NCBI GenBank assembly: GCA_034722955.1
Contig: JAYEOM010000042.1
Coordinates: 2,165 to 48,012, forward strand
Direction of reading: 5' to 3'
Length of the DNA: 45,848 nt
Source of the DNA: Campylobacterota bacterium
GTDB taxonomy: Bacteria > Campylobacterota > Campylobacteria > Campylobacterales > Sulfurovaceae
Made by a program: the position numbers and the translations under genes. The first letter of the stretch is position 1, and each line of letters opens with the position of its first letter. Positions 8,950-19,038 of the stretch are shown one piece after another. The notes beneath the pieces are model-generated. The model saw nothing but the letters and a program-made list of their open reading frames with translations, searched no databases and was not told the origin of the DNA.

Positions 8950-9136
8950 AGTTGAAAGGGTACGCGATATGGAAATTTTATTTTCAGTACTGTTTTAATA
9001 CTTGGAGTGGTTAGAGTCGCGATTATGTGGCTTGACCATAAAAAGTGTAAAAGGCAAAAGAACACTGATTGCGACAAGTAGTCACACGAGACTTAGAGAA
9101 GTGGATTTCTCTAGGTTTCAGTGTACCCTTTCCACT
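8950..9136 (+). ncRNA. Structured RNA / type I toxin-like mRNA with long-range SD-sequestering duplex
   Basis: 8950-8965 pairs with 9121-9136 (10-bp perfect core GAAAGGGTAC/GTACCCTTTC). 13-bp hairpin at 9088-9119 whose non-Watson-Crick pairs are G-U on the plus strand. Confidence 0.5.
8969..9081 (+). pseudogene. Frameshifted small hydrophobic peptide, type I toxin-like
   Basis: ATG 8969 after AAAGGG SD. One extra T in the TTTT run at 8981-8984 gives MEILFFSTVLILGVVRVAIMWLDHKKCKRQKNTDCDK (TM helix plus basic tail). As sequenced it stops at TAA 8996. Confidence 0.45.
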
Positions 9137-9158
9137 CATAAACTGCAGAAGATCAGGA

Positions 9159-9419
9159 TTAGACCATAAGCTCCTGCTTTAGCTTCTCCTGATTGAGTTT
9201 TTTGACCAGTTTCCTTCGGAGTAAAATATACTGTTCATTGTTGAGGTTTAATAATTTCGCATTTTCTATTTGATCTCTCTCCTCTGCTATCATCTGTAGT
9301 AGTTTGTACTCTTTTTTGGTCAATCTTTTTCTAAGTATTGGTATAAGATCCTCTTCGCTTTTGAGTGGTTTGATCAATATATTGATATTTGCTTCTATTG
9401 TGTTGTTGAGTCTAGACAT
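9159..9419 (-). CDS. Hypothetical protein (possible HTH)
   Basis: AAGGA RBS; last gene of the plsC-crcB run; RLTKKEYKLL resembles a LuxR/sigma4-type HTH start. Confidence 0.7.
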   Translation of the reverse strand: MSRLNNTIEANINILIKPLKSEEDLIPILRKRLTKKEYKLLQMIAEERDQIENAKLLNLNNEQYILLRRKLVKKLNQEKLKQELMV

Positions 9420-9427
9420 CTGTTTCC

Positions 9428-9826
9428 TTAGAGTTGCCCTTTGGCAAAGTGTAGAACCATCATATAGCCGATACCAGCCATAAATATAGTTCCGAAGAGA
9501 TTGAGTGCCATATTGGCAAAAGCATGAGCATATTGACCTGCTTCAAGCAAGAAGAAGCTTTCGATGGCAAAGGTAGAGTAGGTTGTCAATGCACCGAGTA
9601 CTCCTGTCACCAGAAATGATTTGAGGTGTGGGGAGAGTGTAGTGTTGAGATGAAACCAAGCAAAGAGTACCCCGATAGCGAGGCTTCCTATCAGATTGAC
9701 AGCTAGTGTACCAAAGGGGAGAGTATGGACGATGTGCCGATTGACAAATCCGTTGATCATCATACGAGATACGGCACCTATAGCACCACCGCTAGCGACT
9801 GCGAGAATGGTTAACCAGTTCATCAT
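9428..9826 (-). CDS. crcB: Fluoride efflux channel CrcB/Fluc
   Basis: GGAIGAVSR, PFGTLAVNLIGS, TGVLGALTTYSTF. Confidence 0.96.
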   Translation of the reverse strand: MMNWLTILAVASGGAIGAVSRMMINGFVNRHIVHTLPFGTLAVNLIGSLAIGVLFAWFHLNTTLSPHLKSFLVTGVLGALTTYSTFAIESFFLLEAGQYAHAFANMALNLFGTIFMAGIGYMMVLHFAKGQL

Positions 9827-10502
9827 CTACAATCTTCTGCATACTCTGTCTCATCTCATCATACCAATCATCAGGTGCCTTCTGGATATCTATAGTCGGA
9901 AGATAGATAAATTTTACTGTAGAGTTATGACCTGTTCTATCATGTTCATTGAGTAGATGTTTACTCCCGGTTATGACAACAGGCTGTACTTTCAATCCCA
10001 ACTTGTTCGAGATAAATTTTGTTCCTGATTTGAAAGATAATAGCTCTTGTCCTTTAGCACGGGTACCCTCTGGGAAGAGGGCTACTGTGCGATGTTTGAC
10101 CTCTACAGACTCTTGGACATCTCTGAGTAGTTTTTTCAATCCAGCCTTATTTTCCCTATCGATAGAGATCATATCAGAGTTTTTAAGCAGATAACCAAAC
10201 CAAGGTGTATCAAAGAGCTCTTTTTTGGCTATCCATCGAAGGTGACTCGATTGTAACGCTTCCATCCCTATAATATCTGCAATACCTTGATGATTCATGA
10301 CGATCATATCTGCTTGTGGGTCCGCACTCCCAATCTGTAGTAGCTTGCCTCCCATCAAGAAGAAGATCGCACGATTTAGATTGTGCATGATCGACCCCTT
10401 ATATTTGGGAAAGAGTGTGATCATAGGGATCATGATAACAGCAACGATGAAGGATATGATAAATGCACCCCAGTAAAATCTAATTTTTGCAAAGATCTTC
10501 AT
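9792..10502 (-). CDS. plsC: 1-acyl-sn-glycerol-3-phosphate acyltransferase
   Basis: NHQxxxD, AKKEL and FPEGTR motifs. Confidence 0.93.
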   Translation of the reverse strand: MKIFAKIRFYWGAFIISFIVAVIMIPMITLFPKYKGSIMHNLNRAIFFLMGGKLLQIGSADPQADMIVMNHQGIADIIGMEALQSSHLRWIAKKELFDTPWFGYLLKNSDMISIDRENKAGLKKLLRDVQESVEVKHRTVALFPEGTRAKGQELLSFKSGTKFISNKLGLKVQPVVITGSKHLLNEHDRTGHNSTVKFIYLPTIDIQKAPDDWYDEMRQSMQKIVDDELVNHSRSR

Positions 10503-11523
10503 CTTTTATCCATCCTATTGTGTTGTTTTTATACTCTATTTTGTTAAATTCTGTTCGTTCACCCAAAAGTGGTGTTGTGAACTCATCATCAACTTTGATA
10601 CTAACACGACTCGTATGGGTGGGTAGTATGTAGAGAGATGATCCCTGTTTAACACAGATATCTTTTTTGGGTGTATAGAAAGTTAAAAGTGTGATCACTG
10701 TAACAACAGCTATGATGAGATAGAAAAAGTCTCTCTTCCACAAGAAGAGTAGAAAAAAGAAAATACTCAATCCAATAAAGGTAGATTTTTTGAGTTTATC
10801 AAAACTATCATCCTTTGGATTGATCTCTGACTGTGCAGAGACAGAGTAGTCTTTTATGACAATAGGGACATCCAGAAAGAGATACTGCCCCTTGATCGTA
10901 TTGAAATAGGTAAACTTCAAATGTTTCTGAGTTGCAGGTATCACAGCGTAATACTCAGCTCTTACTTTAGCATTTTGGCGTTTGATATTTTCAATTCCAT
11001 CTTCAATAACCATCTTTAGATGCATATTTTCAAGGTTTGCTTCAAAGGCTTCTATAGAGAGTGTCACTAGATTGTTTTTGCTATCGTATGTAGATGCTTG
11101 TGAAGTTTTGATCTTCATCTCAGCTGCCAAAACACCAGAGAACTCTTCTCTCGATTTAAGTTTGACGATAGGGATATCAGTAGCTCCAAGAGAGATGATC
11201 TTCTCTGCATCTTGGATAGTTAGCTTTGGGAGATGAAATTTACCGCTATCTGCCTTGAAGTAGAAGGTATAGAATGAATCATTTCCATTTTTAACTATAA
11301 GCGGATTTTTAAAGAGTGGTTGATTTTTCCCTTTTGTGTCGAAGGAGAATTTGGGTCTCTCCTTGGTTGACCCTATCTCAAGAACAGTAATGGAAAATAG
11401 TTGATTCTCATAAGCTTTTTTTGGAATATAGCTGTATTTATACTCTTTTCCTGCGAGTAGAGAGGATGTGAAGCCTATCAATAGAGCAAAGAGTATAAGG
11501 AGAGGCTTTATCCGGACTCTCAT
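10480..11523 (-). CDS. Membrane-anchored periplasmic protein with C-terminal SH3-like domain
   Basis: Signal peptide, two TM helices near the C-terminus, KIEY..IGWI; usual position between purQ and plsC in Campylobacterota. Confidence 0.8.
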   Translation of the reverse strand: MRVRIKPLLILFALLIGFTSSLLAGKEYKYSYIPKKAYENQLFSITVLEIGSTKERPKFSFDTKGKNQPLFKNPLIVKNGNDSFYTFYFKADSGKFHLPKLTIQDAEKIISLGATDIPIVKLKSREEFSGVLAAEMKIKTSQASTYDSKNNLVTLSIEAFEANLENMHLKMVIEDGIENIKRQNAKVRAEYYAVIPATQKHLKFTYFNTIKGQYLFLDVPIVIKDYSVSAQSEINPKDDSFDKLKKSTFIGLSIFFFLLFLWKRDFFYLIIAVVTVITLLTFYTPKKDICVKQGSSLYILPTHTSRVSIKVDDEFTTPLLGERTEFNKIEYKNNTIGWIKDEDLCKN

Positions 11524-12209
11524 TACTGTTCAAATCCTTGTAGCATTTTGATACCATCTTTGGAACCTAGTATTGACTCTAGTGCTCTCTCAGGATGCGG
11601 CATCAAACCAAAGACATTTCTCTCTCTGTTGCAGATACCTGCGATAGAAGTTACAGAGCCATTGACAACGACAGGCTCACCCTCCGCATCACAATATCGC
11701 AGCAGTATTTGATCATTTTTTTCGAGCTGCGAGAGTCCATAATCATCGATATAGTAGTTTCCGTCAGCATGAGCTATAGGGATGTTTAGTATCTCGTCAC
11801 TGTCACATTTGTTCAAGAAAGCATTATCACTATTGACAACTTTAAGATGTTGTAGTTTGGAGATAAAATGAAGATTATTGTTTCGTTTCAATGCCCCTGG
11901 AAGAAGTCCTGCTTCTGTGAGGATTTGAAATCCATTACAAATCCCCAATACTCTACCTCCATTGTCAGCATATGCTACAACAGCTTTCATAACTGGAGAA
12001 AAGCGTGCAATAGAACCAGATCGCAAGTAGTCACCATAGCTAAATCCGCCTGGAACAACAACAAGATCAGTATCCTTGGGGAGTGACTCCTCCTTGTGCC
12101 ATATCAGCTCTGTGGTGTGTCCAAGCTTTTCAAATGCATATTGTGTATCAAAGTCACAGTTTGTACCGGGAAATCGTAGTATCGCTACTTTAAGTTGAGA
12201 TACTTGCAT
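11523..12209 (-). CDS. purQ: Phosphoribosylformylglycinamidine synthase glutaminase subunit
   Basis: FPGTNCD, PGGFSYGDYLR, GICNGFQIL, GLMPHPER. Confidence 0.98.
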   Translation of the reverse strand: MQVSQLKVAILRFPGTNCDFDTQYAFEKLGHTTELIWHKEESLPKDTDLVVVPGGFSYGDYLRSGSIARFSPVMKAVVAYADNGGRVLGICNGFQILTEAGLLPGALKRNNNLHFISKLQHLKVVNSDNAFLNKCDSDEILNIPIAHADGNYYIDDYGLSQLEKNDQILLRYCDAEGEPVVVNGSVTSIAGICNRERNVFGLMPHPERALESILGSKDGIKMLQGFEQ

Positions 12210-12448
12210 TAGAGTATCTCAATAGTATAATCTTCGATTACTGTGTTAGCAAGAAGCGTTTCGCACATCTCCTTGACCTCTTTTTGAGCCTCTTCTCTAT
12301 CTTGGGTATCTAGCTTGATGATGATCTGCTTACCGATACGAACATCCTCAACTCCTTTGAAGTTCATAGATTCGAGTGCATGGTGAGCTGCTTTTCCTTG
12401 GGGATCCAGAACACCCTCTTTTAGATATACATTGATAATAGCTTTCAT
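12209..12448 (-). CDS. purS: Phosphoribosylformylglycinamidine synthase subunit PurS
   Basis: LKEGVLDPQGKA, VRIGK, LLANTVIEDY. Confidence 0.97.
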   Translation of the reverse strand: MKAIINVYLKEGVLDPQGKAAHHALESMNFKGVEDVRIGKQIIIKLDTQDREEAQKEVKEMCETLLANTVIEDYTIEIL

Positions 12449-13165
12449 TTAACTCTCTCCCAATATTCTATTTAGTACCTCTTCATAGGCAACTTTGAGT
12501 CCGCCAAGTCCTTCTCTAAATCTATCTTTATCCATCTTCTCTCCACTTTGACTATCCCAGAGTCTGAAGTTGTCAGGACTCAACTCGTCGATAAGGATGA
12601 TATTGTTATCACTATCACGACCAAACTCAAGCTTGAAGTCAACTAGTGTCAAGTCTCTCTCTGCATAAAAAGTTTCGAGTAAGGTATTGATGCGGCGTGC
12701 CATATAACGCATATAGTCTAGCTCAGACTCATCTTTGATCAACTCTAGTATAAGACAGTGCTGATCATTTAGTTTGGGATCACCTAGTGCATCATCTTTA
12801 TAGTCAAACTCGACAAGCGTAAAAGGAAGTACTTTCCCATCCTCGATACCGAGATTTCTACTTAGACTTCCTGTTGCTATATTTCGGACGATTACCTCTA
12901 TGAAGATGACATCTGCTTTTTTATGCAGCATATGATTGTCATCGATCATTTTGACAAAATGAGTAGGAATACCTTTTTGATTGAGATGTTTGAAAAGCTC
13001 TGTTGAGATTTTGTTATTGAGGGCACCTTTGCCCTCTTCAATAGACTTTTTTTCACCATTGAAGGCAGTCAAGTCATCTTTAAATTCTGATATGTAGAGA
13101 TCGGACTCCTCTGTTGACCATATCTTTTTTGCTTTTCCTTCGTAAACGAGTTCTACTTTTTCCAT
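12449..13165 (-). CDS. purC: SAICAR synthetase
   Basis: [45 protein letters not shown]. Confidence 0.98.
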   Translation of the reverse strand: MEKVELVYEGKAKKIWSTEESDLYISEFKDDLTAFNGEKKSIEEGKGALNNKISTELFKHLNQKGIPTHFVKMIDDNHMLHKKADVIFIEVIVRNIATGSLSRNLGIEDGKVLPFTLVEFDYKDDALGDPKLNDQHCLILELIKDESELDYMRYMARRINTLLETFYAERDLTLVDFKLEFGRDSDNNIILIDELSPDNFRLWDSQSGEKMDKDRFREGLGGLKVAYEEVLNRILGES

Positions 13166-13167
13166 GA

Positions 13168-14547
13168 CTATTTTTTCTCCTGCTCTTTTGGGGTTATGAT
13201 CATCAATGCTTTGAGGATATCAATAGCACTTTTGAGTTGGGCATCACTATAGATCTGATCTTCTGTCAAGATAGTTTTCTTGAGTTTATCCTCCTCTTTG
13301 CTCCTCTTCTCCTGAGACTCTTTATTCTCTTTATCACTCTTACCATTGACCTTTTCCAATTCACCTGTAAGATGTTTTTTGAGCTCTTTCTCTTTGAGGA
13401 TAAAACTATTGTTGTTGTCTCGTGCAACTTTTCCGGGATGAACTATGATATCAGGTGTTACACCCTCTGCTTGTATGGTTCTACCACTAGGAAGATAGTA
13501 TCTAGCTACAGTAAGACGAAGTGCTTCACCTTCACCCACTGGCATGACAACTTGAACACTCCCTTTTCCAAAGCTCTTCTCTCCTACTACAATAGCCCTC
13601 TTGTTATCTTGCAGTGCACCGCTGACGATCTCACTAGCACTGGCAGATCCTGCATTGATCAAGACAACCAGAGGTGTTTTTGTGATCGTATCTTTGGCAT
13701 GAGCTTTGAACTCAGTATTTTCACTATCTTTTCTCCCCTTTTGACTAACAATAATGCCATCATCTATAAAAATATCTGTGAGTCCTACAGCTTGGTCTAG
13801 CAGTCCTCCGGGATTGTTTCTGAGATCTAGTATGATACCGGTACGGTTGCTATCTTTTTTGATCGCTGCAAGGACATCTTTTGTCACTTTTTGGTCAAAT
13901 GAAGTGACATGAAGATATAGGATATCATCATCTATTTTTTTAGAGTAGACAGATTGGATTTTGATAATATCTCTAGTGATTTTTATCTTCAGTGGTTTGG
14001 ATTCGCCTTTTCTAACAATAGTTAAGAGAATATCACTCTTTGGTTTTCCACGCATGATCGCTACAGCTTCATCGATGGTCATACCTAGAGTTGCCTTATC
14101 GTTGATCTTTAGAATTATATCTCCTGCCTTGATGCCAGCTTTGTCGGCCGGGGTTCCATCGAGTGGTGCTATGACTGTCAGTACACCATCTTTCATCCCT
14201 ACGCTTATCCCTAGACCACCAAACTCTCCGCTGGTTTGAACATTGAGCTCTTCAAAACTCTTCTTATCCATAAAAGATGAGTGTGCATCAAGATTGGTGA
14301 GCAATCCTTTGAGAGCTTTATCTATCAAGTCACTGCTATTTAGATCATCTACATACTGCTGTTCGATAGCATTCACTATTTTTGTAAATTTGATGTAGGA
14401 TTCAAGTTTACTCTTTTGTCTATCCTCATTTTCTGTTTTACTATCTGCCAAAGCAGTTGTAGCAACAATCAATGCAGCAGTAGCTGTAGCAATAAAACCC
14501 AAAGCGATATCTCTTTTACTCTTTTTAATCATAGGTACATTATCCAT
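13168..14547 (-). CDS. ctpA: C-terminal processing protease (S41 family, PDZ)
   Basis: [46 protein letters not shown]. Confidence 0.93.
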   Translation of the reverse strand: MDNVPMIKKSKRDIALGFIATATAALIVATTALADSKTENEDRQKSKLESYIKFTKIVNAIEQQYVDDLNSSDLIDKALKGLLTNLDAHSSFMDKKSFEELNVQTSGEFGGLGISVGMKDGVLTVIAPLDGTPADKAGIKAGDIILKINDKATLGMTIDEAVAIMRGKPKSDILLTIVRKGESKPLKIKITRDIIKIQSVYSKKIDDDILYLHVTSFDQKVTKDVLAAIKKDSNRTGIILDLRNNPGGLLDQAVGLTDIFIDDGIIVSQKGRKDSENTEFKAHAKDTITKTPLVVLINAGSASASEIVSGALQDNKRAIVVGEKSFGKGSVQVVMPVGEGEALRLTVARYYLPSGRTIQAEGVTPDIIVHPGKVARDNNNSFILKEKELKKHLTGELEKVNGKSDKENKESQEKRSKEEDKLKKTILTEDQIYSDAQLKSAIDILKALMIITPKEQEKK

Positions 14548-14709
14548 TTGGTCTATAAAATTTGAGTTATATTTTATTTAAAAAATGCTTAGAGGTGCCT
14601 ATAAGTACCAGCCCACATCTAATTTCATATTTTAACGATAAGAGAAAGGTGCAGGTAGAAGGCAGATTTTTGAAGGATCAACCAAAGTTAATAGAGAATT
14701 GTGAATAAA

Positions 14710-14739
14710 CTTGACAAGAGATGACTAAAGCTGTATAAT
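14710..14739 (+). promoter_or_regulatory. Consensus sigma70 promoter of clpB overlapped by a HAIR-like (HspR) operator
   Basis: TTGACA(14711)-17 nt-TATAAT(14734); CTTGACA-N7-ACTAAAG resembles the HAIR consensus CTTGAGT-N7-ACTCAAG. Confidence 0.75.
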
Positions 14740-14769
14740 AGAGAACAAGAATTAAAGGAGTTATATAAA

Positions 14770-17343
14770 ATGAGTATATTAGAAAAATTAACTAATCAAA
14801 TGACAGCAACAGTCGAGTCAGGTCTATCATTGGCTCTTCACAATAAAAACCAGGAGGTGGAGCCGATTCATCTGATATGGGCACTGCTGACCAATAGCGG
14901 GTCGATATTGCATCAGGCACTCAATAAGATGAGTGCAGATAAAGCAGCGATTGAATTAGAAGCAAAAAGTGCATCAAAAAAGTTGCCTACAGTCTCTTCT
15001 GTTACCAAGGAAAATATTAAACTGTCACAAAATCTCATCCGTTCACTGCAAAATGGTGAGGGGGTAATGTCGGTCAATGGAGACCAATACCTTGCTGTTG
15101 ACAGCTGGTTAATCGCCAACAGTGATGAGGCTTTTATCAAAGATATCATCGAAAAGTATGTAGATATTTCTGAGTTTAAGAAGACACTTGAGTCTATTCG
15201 GGGTGGAAAACAGATCGATTCTCAGAGTGGAGATGAGACGCTTGAAGCCCTAGATAAGTATGGTATCGATCTCAACCAAAAAGCGATAGATGGTGAGTTG
15301 GATCCTGTCATAGGTAGAGATGAAGAGGTGCAGAGGATGATGCAGATCCTCATCCGAAAAACCAAAAACAACCCGATCCTCATAGGTGAACCTGGAACTG
15401 GTAAGACGGCTATTGTAGAGGGGTTGGCACAGCGTATCGTCAACAAAGAGGTTCCGCTGAGCCTTCAAAATATGCGTGTTGTTTCACTCGATATGAGTCG
15501 ATTGATCGCTGGAGCGAAGTATCGCGGAGAGTTTGAAGATCGGCTTAAGGCTGTTATCGATGAAGTAAAAGAGTCTTCCAATATAATACTCTTTATCGAT
15601 GAGATTCACACGATAGTTGGGGCAGGAGCCAGCGAAGGAAGCATGGATGCTGCCAATATCCTCAAGCCTGCACTAGCACGGGGTGAGCTGCATACTATAG
15701 GTGCGACGACACTCAAAGAGTACCGTAAATATTTTGAGAAAGATGCAGCCCTGCAACGACGCTTTCAGCCTGTATTGGTCGGTGAACCGAGTATCAATGA
15801 AGCACTTCAGATACTCAGAGGGATCAAAAATAGACTAGAGACACACCACAATGTTATCATCACAGATGGTGCATTGGTCGCAGCAGCGAAACTCTCTGAT
15901 CGCTACATTGCCGATCGATTCTTACCCGATAAGGCGATCGATCTTATCGACGAAGCAGCAGCAGAACTCAAGATGCAGATAGAGAGTGAGCCTAAAGATT
16001 TGGCAAAAACCAAACGAGAAATCTCTACACTGCAAGTTGAAAAAGAGGCACTGAAGATGGAGGAGGGTGACAAAAACAGTTCTCGCCTTGAAGAGATAGG
16101 CAGAGAGTTGGCCGATCTCGAAGAGAAACGCATCTCCCTGCAGAGTCAATTTGATAATGAAAAAGAGGTCTTCAACCAGATAGCAGAGGTCAAGAGTAGT
16201 ATTGAGTCACTCAAAACAGAAGCAGAGCTTGTTAAGCGTGAGAGAGACTTCAACAAAGCAGCTGAGATTGAGTATGGTCAAATCCCTGCCAAAGAGGAGA
16301 GTCTCAAGGCACTAGAAGAGAAGTGGTCTAGGATGATGGATGAGGGGACTCTACTCAAAAATTCAGTCGATGATGAGATGATCGCCGGTATCGTCAGTCG
16401 TTGGACGGGGATATCTGTCAACAAGATGATGCAGGGTGAAAAAGAGAAGATATTGGCTATAGAGAGCATACTCAAAGAGGAGGTAGTAGGGCAGGGAGAA
16501 GCACTCAAGGCAGTTGCTAGAGCTATCAAGCGGAACAAGGCAGGATTGAGTGATCTCAACCGTCCTATAGGCAGTTTTCTATTTCTAGGACCTACCGGTG
16601 TAGGTAAGACACAAGTGGCAAAAACACTAGCTAAGTTTCTCTTTGACTCTGACAAATCTATGGTTCGTATCGATATGAGTGAGTATATGGAGAAGCACGC
16701 AGCCAGCAGATTGGTCGGTGCACCTCCTGGATATGTAGGTTATGATGAGGGTGGGCAACTCACCGAAGCGGTACGCAGAAAACCATACTCTGTTGTACTT
16801 TTTGATGAGATAGAGAAGGCACATCCTGATGTCTTCAATACACTCCTACAAGTGCTTGATGATGGTCGCCTGACGGACAATAAAGGGGTTACGATAGATT
16901 TCAAAAATACTATCATAATCATGACCTCCAATATTGCCAGTGACAAGATCATAGAGTACAGTGATCCCCAAGAGAAGAGAGATGCTGTCAATGAGGAGTT
17001 AAAAAATTATTTCAAACCTGAGTTTCTCAACCGTTTGGATGATATAGTCATCTTTAACCCGTTAGACTTGGATGCTATCACCAGTATAGTAGATATTCTC
17101 TTTAGTGATATTCGGAGTAAACTAGCAGAGAGAGAGATAGAGCTCACCTTGACAAATAGAGCAAAAGATTATATCGCCAATGCAGGATTTGACCCTGTCT
17201 ATGGTGCACGACCACTCAAAAGAGCACTCTATGAAGTAGTCGAAGATAGACTAGCAGAGCTGATCTTGGAGGATAAGATAGTAGAGGGGTCACGAGTTGA
17301 ATTTGATGCAGACGGGAGTGAAATCATTGTCAATATCAGCTAA
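14770..17343 (+). CDS. clpB: ATP-dependent chaperone ClpB
   Basis: Two AAA+ modules ([16 protein letters not shown]), coiled-coil middle domain, [18 protein letters not shown]. Confidence 0.97.
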   Translation: MSILEKLTNQMTATVESGLSLALHNKNQEVEPIHLIWALLTNSGSILHQALNKMSADKAAIELEAKSASKKLPTVSSVTKENIKLSQNLIRSLQNGEGVMSVNGDQYLAVDSWLIANSDEAFIKDIIEKYVDISEFKKTLESIRGGKQIDSQSGDETLEALDKYGIDLNQKAIDGELDPVIGRDEEVQRMMQILIRKTKNNPILIGEPGTGKTAIVEGLAQRIVNKEVPLSLQNMRVVSLDMSRLIAGAKYRGEFEDRLKAVIDEVKESSNIILFIDEIHTIVGAGASEGSMDAANILKPALARGELHTIGATTLKEYRKYFEKDAALQRRFQPVLVGEPSINEALQILRGIKNRLETHHNVIITDGALVAAAKLSDRYIADRFLPDKAIDLIDEAAAELKMQIESEPKDLAKTKREISTLQVEKEALKMEEGDKNSSRLEEIGRELADLEEKRISLQSQFDNEKEVFNQIAEVKSSIESLKTEAELVKRERDFNKAAEIEYGQIPAKEESLKALEEKWSRMMDEGTLLKNSVDDEMIAGIVSRWTGISVNKMMQGEKEKILAIESILKEEVVGQGEALKAVARAIKRNKAGLSDLNRPIGSFLFLGPTGVGKTQVAKTLAKFLFDSDKSMVRIDMSEYMEKHAASRLVGAPPGYVGYDEGGQLTEAVRRKPYSVVLFDEIEKAHPDVFNTLLQVLDDGRLTDNKGVTIDFKNTIIIMTSNIASDKIIEYSDPQEKRDAVNEELKNYFKPEFLNRLDDIVIFNPLDLDAITSIVDILFSDIRSKLAEREIELTLTNRAKDYIANAGFDPVYGARPLKRALYEVVEDRLAELILEDKIVEGSRVEFDADGSEIIVNIS

Positions 17344-17345
17344 AT

Positions 17346-18122
17346 TTATCTAAATGTAGTTCCGCCATCTACAACAAGTGTCTGACCTGTAATCCAGCTA
17401 GCTTCAGGAGTACAGAGGAAATAGACAGAGCTAGCTATATCTTCAGGCGTTCCCATACGGCTAATAGCTGATCTCTTAACTGTTTGGGCTTTGACCTCTT
17501 CGTAGTTGGTAAAAGCCTTGAGAGCATCAGTATCTATAGGACCTCCTGAGACTGCATTGACACGGATACCCATCTCTCCTAACTCCACCGCAGCATAACG
17601 ACTCATCGCTTCAACTGCTGCTTTGTTGGTGCCGTGACCTGCATAGTTATCTATATATATGAGATTTCCTGTACTTGACATCGTGACGATAGCACCGCCA
17701 CCTACTTTTTCCATCCTCTTGGCAGCCTCTTGGCTTCCGACAACAAAGGCGTTAACTGTAGCGGTATAGATATTGTTCAACCCTCTAGGTTTGAGACGCA
17801 TGAACTTACCATAACCTCCCACAACCGGGCGACCATATATCATAGCATTGGATACAAAGAAGTCAACTCTGTCAAAATCTTCATCGATTGCCAAGAAGAG
17901 AGACTTGAACTCTGTAGGCTCCAAGATATTGAGGGGATAAGCTTTAGCTTTGATACCATATTTTTCTATCAATGTATTTGCAATTTCGTTGGCAATCTCT
18001 CTATTGCTATTATAGGTAAATGCAACATCTACACCCTCTTTGGCAAACTTCTCTGCGATAGCTTTGCCAATCCCTTTGCTCGCACCTGTCACGACAACGG
18101 TTTTGCCTCTCATCTCTAACAT
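17346..18122 (-). CDS. Short-chain dehydrogenase / enoyl-ACP reductase (FabL-like)
   Basis: TGASKGIG, NAVSGGPIDTDAL, WITGQTLVVDGG; usual position downstream of dapA. Confidence 0.85.
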   Translation of the reverse strand: MLEMRGKTVVVTGASKGIGKAIAEKFAKEGVDVAFTYNSNREIANEIANTLIEKYGIKAKAYPLNILEPTEFKSLFLAIDEDFDRVDFFVSNAMIYGRPVVGGYGKFMRLKPRGLNNIYTATVNAFVVGSQEAAKRMEKVGGGAIVTMSSTGNLIYIDNYAGHGTNKAAVEAMSRYAAVELGEMGIRVNAVSGGPIDTDALKAFTNYEEVKAQTVKRSAISRMGTPEDIASSVYFLCTPEASWITGQTLVVDGGTTFR

Positions 18123-18125
18123 ATT

Positions 18126-19019
18126 TTACGCTCCTGCTATAGTATAGTTTTTCATAGTATCTTCTATCTTCTTCATGTTTGCACTGCTAGGTGCAACAAG
18201 AGGGAGTCTATACTCTAGTGTATCTATCAATCCTGCGATATACATTGCCGCTTTTATCGGGATAGGATTGCTCTCACAGAACAAGACTTTATTGATAGGG
18301 AAGAGTTTATCATTGATCTCTTTGGATTTAGCGAAGTCACCCTCAAGAGCTCTCTTGACTAGTTGACTCTTCATATCAGGCAGTAGGTTTGCCGTGACTG
18401 AGGTGATCCCTTTGCCACCATTGGCAAGAATAGGGTAATCTATAGCATCATCACCGGAAAAGAGATGAAGTTGGGGTCTTTTGGAGAGTAGTTCAACTGC
18501 ACGCTCTATCGACCCTGTTGCCTCTTTTATGCCAAATATATTTGGAACATCATCAAAGAGTCTGCATACAGTATCAGGGAGTATATCTACACCTGTTCTG
18601 CCCGGAACATTGTAGAGCATGAAGGGAACCTCAACAGCTGATGCTATAGCTTTATAGTGTTGGTAGAGTCCCTCTTGACTAGGTTTGTTATAGTATGGAC
18701 TGACAGAGAAGATAGCATCAACACCACAAGACTCAGCATGTTTGGCTATATCTATGGCTTCATGGGTTGCATTGCTTCCTGCACCGGCAAGTACTTTTGT
18801 TGTGCTGTTTCTGCAAACTTCAACAGCAATCTCTATACATCTCTTATGTTCATTGTGACTGAGTGTTGCACTCTCACCGGTTGTCCCGACTGGACAGACA
18901 GCATCTATGCCATTGTTGATTTGACGCTGGATAAGTTTGGCAAAGGTAGCCTCATCTAGTCTGTTGTTTTTAAATGGTGTAATCAGTGCAGTTGTTGCAC
19001 CTGTGATGGTATTGTTCAT
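18126..19019 (-). CDS. dapA: 4-hydroxy-tetrahydrodipicolinate synthase
   Basis: GTTGESATL, PYYNKP, LYNVPGRTG, GIKEATG, ESNPIPIK. Confidence 0.98.
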   Translation of the reverse strand: MNNTITGATTALITPFKNNRLDEATFAKLIQRQINNGIDAVCPVGTTGESATLSHNEHKRCIEIAVEVCRNSTTKVLAGAGSNATHEAIDIAKHAESCGVDAIFSVSPYYNKPSQEGLYQHYKAIASAVEVPFMLYNVPGRTGVDILPDTVCRLFDDVPNIFGIKEATGSIERAVELLSKRPQLHLFSGDDAIDYPILANGGKGITSVTANLLPDMKSQLVKRALEGDFAKSKEINDKLFPINKVLFCESNPIPIKAAMYIAGLIDTLEYRLPLVAPSSANMKKIEDTMKNYTIAGA

Positions 19020-19038
19020 AATTTAATTCCTATTTTAG

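Noticed and set aside
8926..8955. MDISLGYLS* right after nifJ, resembling the start of the dihydroorotate-dehydrogenase-like gene that often follows nifJ
   Set aside because: Only 9 codons, so too little evidence to call a pseudogene.
9792..9900. Fluoride riboswitch upstream of crcB
   Set aside because: The crcB start overlaps the plsC coding region; there is no leader or recognisable motif.
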